DNA from: a bacterium
GTDB taxonomy: Bacteria > SAR324 > JACQKK01
Assembly: GCA_965240465.1 (NCBI GenBank)
Contig: OZ251219.1
Location: forward strand, 800,001-864,000
Direction: 5' to 3'
Length of the DNA: 64,000 nt
Shown: piece by piece, positions 59,622 through 64,000 of the stretch
Layout: each line of letters opens with the position of its first letter
Position numbering within the stretch: position 1 is the stretch's first letter
The notes under the pieces: generated by a model
Seen by the model: the letters and a program-made list of their open reading frames with translations, nothing else
Databases searched by the model: none
What the model was told of the DNA's origin: nothing
Position numbers and translations under genes: made by a program

Positions 59622-60686
59622 CTATCTAATGGTGCTCATTTTAATGGTCAATAATATAATCGGTAGGAGCATTATCGGTAGCAAAAGCAACCAGATTTGT
59701 GGAGGTTGGGGGATCTGATTAATGTTCATGGTTATCGTTGTCTGGGGAGGAATGTTGGAACGCTGCCATGTTTGCCAAGTTACGCCATCAATGTTGCGAG
59801 GCAATGCTGGTTGAAGGGAGGCACCCTCGGCTTGGAGTAGTTTATCTGGGGTGATCAGGGACAGCTGCCTAAGGGCAACGGGAAATTTTCTTCGGATGGT
59901 CTTACTCCCCCACCAAGCAGGAAGAAAGTAACGATAAGCAGTCACTATTTCTCCGCTGGGTAACTCGCCCGAAAGCAACAGGATACTACCTTCAAAACGG
60001 TGCTTGATTCCCTCTGCTAGATAAATAATCTCCGCATACCGAGCTTCCTTAGGTAAATGGATAGGCTGAGCCTCCCAACTGAGGGGAGTTTTATTACTCC
60101 AGTGTAGTACCTCGGTGATCCAAATGCCTCCCACTTGAGCTTCGGTAGCCAGCACCGCTTCTTGGATAAATAACGCCGACTCAGCTGGACTTAAAAAACT
60201 AGGAACCGTGGCTACTGGAAGCGATATTTTGGCGTTCAGTTGGGCGTCCGATTTGGCAGTTTTGTCAAAGGCTAGGAGCTTGCTCTTCCAGACCTTTTCA
60301 TCCAGCTGAGCAAATACTTGGAACACCGCTCGGGGATTGGTACTTAATCCCTCAAAGAGATGTTTTCCCTGCTCATCAGCTTCAGCGACAGCCTGAACCT
60401 CGCCTTGCGGAAGATTTTGCTCGTCCAGTATAAATCGCACTAGCAACATCCTAGCTCCAGCTACTTTGGGAAGCTGAATGTCTAGCTGAGCATGTATCCT
60501 CCCTTTGCCGATACGCAAATCAACCTCAGCACTGCCAGCCTCAGCACTGCCGTTCTCAGCAGAAACGCTAAATCCAAGGCTCAACGCCCACAGAAAAAAT
60601 GGCACTGCCAGTAATCTAGCCCGCCATGACGAGAACAATGACGAGAACAATAACGCGATAAACAAGTAAATAAAATGTACCAACAA
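59622..60686 (-). CDS. Hypothetical exported protein with C-terminal TM anchor
   Basis: Hydrophobic N-terminus, beta-rich body, C-terminal IWLLLLPIMLLPIILL. Confidence 0.6.
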   Translation of the reverse strand: MLVHFIYLFIALLFSSLFSSWRARLLAVPFFLWALSLGFSVSAENGSAEAGSAEVDLRIGKGRIHAQLDIQLPKVAGARMLLVRFILDEQNLPQGEVQAVAEADEQGKHLFEGLSTNPRAVFQVFAQLDEKVWKSKLLAFDKTAKSDAQLNAKISLPVATVPSFLSPAESALFIQEAVLATEAQVGGIWITEVLHWSNKTPLSWEAQPIHLPKEARYAEIIYLAEGIKHRFEGSILLLSGELPSGEIVTAYRYFLPAWWGSKTIRRKFPVALRQLSLITPDKLLQAEGASLQPALPRNIDGVTWQTWQRSNIPPQTTITMNINQIPQPPQIWLLLLPIMLLPIILLTIKMSTIR

Positions 60687-60852
60687 GTGTTAATAAAACC
60701 GCCTGACAAGCTCCATCCTATTATGATCACAAATGCCTGCCTAATAAAAAACATCTTCTTCGCACAATTTTATTTGCACGATACCATTCGCCCGATCCCA
60801 TTCGCGTTCTGTAGGGACAGAACTCAAATAATCTCAGCTTTCCCCGAAGTGA

Positions 60853-62058
60853 CTAACAAGGAAAGCTGATCTTCCCTAGCCCAGGGATAAGACTTTCTCC
60901 TCGGAGGGTTTCATTGGCAAGGGCTGCAAATAGTAGGGCTTCTTTGGCTCGGGAAGGAACTCCCAGCTGTTGTGGATCCTGCCATTGCAGCTGAGGAAGG
61001 TGCTGCTGAAATTGGCGGCGAATATTATTCATAAGGGCTTGGTTGTGAATGCCACCCCCGCTGACAAAAAGAGGCAGGGGCTGGTCAGGCAGATTTTCCG
61101 CCCTTAGTGCCTGAGTTAGAGAATGAGCGGTAAATAAGCAGAGGGTAGCTAGAACATCTGCGGGGGATAGCTTTAGCTTTTGAGATTGGGAGAGATGCTG
61201 TTGCAGAAAGGCTTCCCCAAAGGCTTCAGGCCCGCTACTTTTTTGCTGAGATTGAGCAAAATAAGGATGCTGGCACAGCATCTTTAACCAGCCCTGATGA
61301 GGAGTTCCTTGTAGGGCTAGCTTTCCATCGTGATCCCAAGCTAGGTCGTTCCGAGGCCAGTAATGGCGGAAAGCCGCGTCCAGCAAGGAGTTAGCTGGTC
61401 CGCTGTCTTGGTATCGGGGTGGTTGGGCTGAATTTTTTTCTGGCAGCCAAGTATAGTTGGCAATCCCACCGAGATTGATGAAGAGACGGGGTTCAGAGGC
61501 AGAAAAGAGTAAGGCTTCGGCATAGGGTGCTAGCGGGGCTCCTTCTGAGCCCTGGGCGATTGCCTTTTGTCTAAAATCAGATATGGTAATGATGCCAGTT
61601 TTAAGGGCGATGTGATCGCCATCTACTATTTGGAGGCTTGCATGGCGGATTTTTTGATTATCTTTCCAGCTTTGGGGAGCATGATAAATGGTTTGCCCGT
61701 GGGAAGCGATGCAATCCACTTGCTGGGGGGCGATTTGCCAATCTTGAAGAGTTTTTAGGATCATGCGGGCGTGCTGGATTCCCAGCTGAGCGTTCAAGGT
61801 GGTAATTTTAGCCAATGGTGCTTGAGGCTTAAAAGCTACTTCTCTAATCAAGTTCCTTTGTGCCTTGGAATAAGGTACTCCCAGCTGCTTAAGCAGCTTC
61901 CAACAAGTGTTGCTACCATGTCCGCTGAATTGGGCTAGGGCTAGTTCTAAGCCATCCAGAGAAGTACCCGACATCAACCCTAGGATGCAAAAGCTGGGTT
62001 GAGAGACCCGTTTGATCAACTCTCCCAGACGATTATTCAGCGGGTGTTTGGGTGTCAT
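60853..62058 (-). CDS. anmK: Anhydro-N-acetylmuramic acid kinase
   Basis: GLMSGTSLDG, SHGQTIYH, GAPLAP, NLGGIAN, DSGPAN, KEALLFA. Confidence 0.95.
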   Translation of the reverse strand: MTPKHPLNNRLGELIKRVSQPSFCILGLMSGTSLDGLELALAQFSGHGSNTCWKLLKQLGVPYSKAQRNLIREVAFKPQAPLAKITTLNAQLGIQHARMILKTLQDWQIAPQQVDCIASHGQTIYHAPQSWKDNQKIRHASLQIVDGDHIALKTGIITISDFRQKAIAQGSEGAPLAPYAEALLFSASEPRLFINLGGIANYTWLPEKNSAQPPRYQDSGPANSLLDAAFRHYWPRNDLAWDHDGKLALQGTPHQGWLKMLCQHPYFAQSQQKSSGPEAFGEAFLQQHLSQSQKLKLSPADVLATLCLFTAHSLTQALRAENLPDQPLPLFVSGGGIHNQALMNNIRRQFQQHLPQLQWQDPQQLGVPSRAKEALLFAALANETLRGESLIPGLGKISFPC

Positions 62059-62117
62059 TTTATCTTTTCTGGTTGGCGGGAGGAAGAATAAGAGTCAATA
62101 GCTGATAGCGAGTTTTC

Positions 62118-64000
62118 TCACTTAAAGGCGCGTCGCAGCTGGATCTGTAGTGCCGTGTGCCTTAGCAAAGGACGGTCGTTTTTGGCAGCGATGGCAATGG
62201 CTTTGGGGCTACCCACTAAGATTGCCAGCTGCTTGGCACGGGTGATGGCAGTATAAAGGAGGTTCCGTTGAAGCATTATATGATGCTGAGTGACCATGGG
62301 GGTGATCACGGCAGCGTACTCGCTACCCTGGGCTTTGTGGACGGTAGTAGCATAGCCCAGCACGCAAGATTCCAACTCCTGATCTTGATAGGTGACCTTA
62401 CGCCCATCAAAGAGCAACAAGGTTTGGTTCTTATGAGGAAAATGAGCCACTATTTCACCGATATCACCATTAAAAACTTCATTATCGTAGTCGTTCTTGG
62501 TTTGCAGGATGCGGTCTCCTACTCGGTATTGCCTGTTCCCGCATTGGAAGGTCTGTCCAGTAGGATTTAGCTCTTGTTGCAATAATCGGTTCAGTTCATC
62601 TACTCCTACGGCTCCTCTTTTCATGGGTGCCAAAACTTGAATATCTCTTAATGGGTCTAGGTTAAATCTTTTGGGGATGCGTTCTGTAATCATGTAGATA
62701 ATCTTCTTAGCGGCGTCCTGAGGAGAATCAGCTGGCACAAAAAAGAAATCCTGAGGCTGTTGAGGATTCGGCTTGGTTAGGTCGGGCATGTTCCCTCTGA
62801 GAATGGCATGGGCATTAATAATAATGCGGCTAGACCTAGCCTGACGAAAAATGCTCTCCAAACGCACCGCAGGTAGTAATTTGCTTTTAAGCAAATCATC
62901 CAGCACCCGACCCGCTCCCACCGAAGGTAATTGCTCAACATCGCCCACTAGTACCAAATGACATCGCTCTGGTATCGCCCGTAACAAAGAATACATCAGC
63001 AGGGTATCCAACATGGAACTCTCATCTACAATCACCCACTCCGTAACTAAGGGATGCGAACGATTGCGTCCAAAACCCCTGGGAGAAGCCTCCAATAAAC
63101 GATGTACGGTAGTAGCTGTATGTCCTGTCGCAGTGGCTAGACGCTTGGCAGCTTTACCAGTGGGAGCACATAAAGCCAACTTGTCTAGCCTATCCCCTAA
63201 CAAAGCCAATATAAAATGCACAATGGTGGTCTTGCCCGTACCCGGACCTCCAGTGATAATCAGTACCTTAGATCTTAAGGCTTGCAAAATCGCTTCCCGT
63301 TGCTGCTCGCTGAGAGTCATGCCCGTATCCAACTCCGCCTTCTTTAGCTCCTCCTGCAACAGAATCTTTGAACTCGGCTGATCAGTGCTTCCCATCAATC
63401 TGCTTAGCATTTCCGCTATTTCGCGTTCGGCATGTTCTAGCTTATTCAGCTGTAACCATTGATTAGGTTCTGCTAGAATATCAGCATCAGCACCATCCAC
63501 AGCACCACCCACAGCACCACCCACAGCACCACCCACAGCATCATCCGCAATACCATCCACTTGCGTGCCATTTCCACTCTCAGTCTCCAAAGCATGAACA
63601 TATCCTGCTAAGCAGATCTTGTTGGCAGCTTCATCCATATCCTCCACTGAAGATCCCAGCATCTCGGCTGCCTGCTGCAAAATTGCACCCCGAGGCATGG
63701 CGGTGTGTCCACGATTGCTAGCCTCCTCCAAAGCATACAAAAGCCCCGCCTCCAAACGCTGAGGGTCATCCTGCCCAAGACCATTATGACGTGCCAATAC
63801 ATCCGCACTCCGAAACCCAATCCCCGATACCTCCAATGCCAACTGATAAGGCTTCTTCTGCATCACCTCCAAAGATCTATCCCCGTACAAGCTGTGAATC
63901 CGACCAGCAAACAAAGGCGATAAACCCGCTCCATGCAAAAATAAAAGCACCTCCCGTTGCTGACGCTGAACCTGCCACTCCTCCTCTAAAACCTTTATCA
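62118..64000 (-). CDS. recD2: ATP-dependent RecD2-like helicase (5' partial)
   Basis: GIGFRSAD, TGGPGTGKTT, APTGKAA, VDESSM, TVHKAQGSE. The frame stays open to the window edge. Confidence 0.93.
   Translation of the reverse strand, partial: IKVLEEEWQVQRQQREVLLFLHGAGLSPLFAGRIHSLYGDRSLEVMQKKPYQLALEVSGIGFRSADVLARHNGLGQDDPQRLEAGLLYALEEASNRGHTAMPRGAILQQAAEMLGSSVEDMDEAANKICLAGYVHALETESGNGTQVDGIADDAVGGAVGGAVGGAVDGADADILAEPNQWLQLNKLEHAEREIAEMLSRLMGSTDQPSSKILLQEELKKAELDTGMTLSEQQREAILQALRSKVLIITGGPGTGKTTIVHFILALLGDRLDKLALCAPTGKAAKRLATATGHTATTVHRLLEASPRGFGRNRSHPLVTEWVIVDESSMLDTLLMYSLLRAIPERCHLVLVGDVEQLPSVGAGRVLDDLLKSKLLPAVRLESIFRQARSSRIIINAHAILRGNMPDLTKPNPQQPQDFFFVPADSPQDAAKKIIYMITERIPKRFNLDPLRDIQVLAPMKRGAVGVDELNRLLQQELNPTGQTFQCGNRQYRVGDRILQTKNDYDNEVFNGDIGEIVAHFPHKNQTLLLFDGRKVTYQDQELESCVLGYATTVHKAQGSEYAAVITPMVTQHHIMLQRNLLYTAITRAKQLAILVGSPKAIAIAAKNDRPLLRHTALQIQLRRAFK

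Overview
Bacterial chromosomal window. The gene set (NtrY/NtrX-like and FleS/FleR-like pairs, RecD2, Sec-containing SelD, DUF2333) suggests a deltaproteobacteria-like lineage such as SAR324, but this is inference only. Positions 1-12347 hold four tandem paralogous surface lipoproteins: lipobox, Gly linker, Asp/Cys-rich thrombospondin-type-3-like stalk of very different lengths, GLUG-type head and a conserved Cys-containing tail. They are mosaics of one another, and the three spacers visible here are conserved ~85-bp units carrying a sigma70-like promoter inside a hairpin. The rest is mostly housekeeping: prc, bolA, msrP, purC, ccmB, recO, tatC, selD, rnd, mrp, two trkH, clpB, greA, rpsA, xseB, mdh, ispE, anmK, recD2 and three tRNAs. 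The ORF track misses that selD is a selenoprotein (in-frame UGA plus SECIS). Other unusual signals are tRNA-Arg(GCG) overlapping tatC antisense, about 20 unrelated short (mostly 12-16-bp) tandem arrays at gene ends and inside genes, two 35-aa micro-ORFs from triplication of the trkH start, G/C tracts with G4 potential, and a kb-scale saw-tooth G/T versus C/A skew independent of gene orientation. No transposase, integrase, reverse transcriptase, CRISPR array or rRNA was seen.
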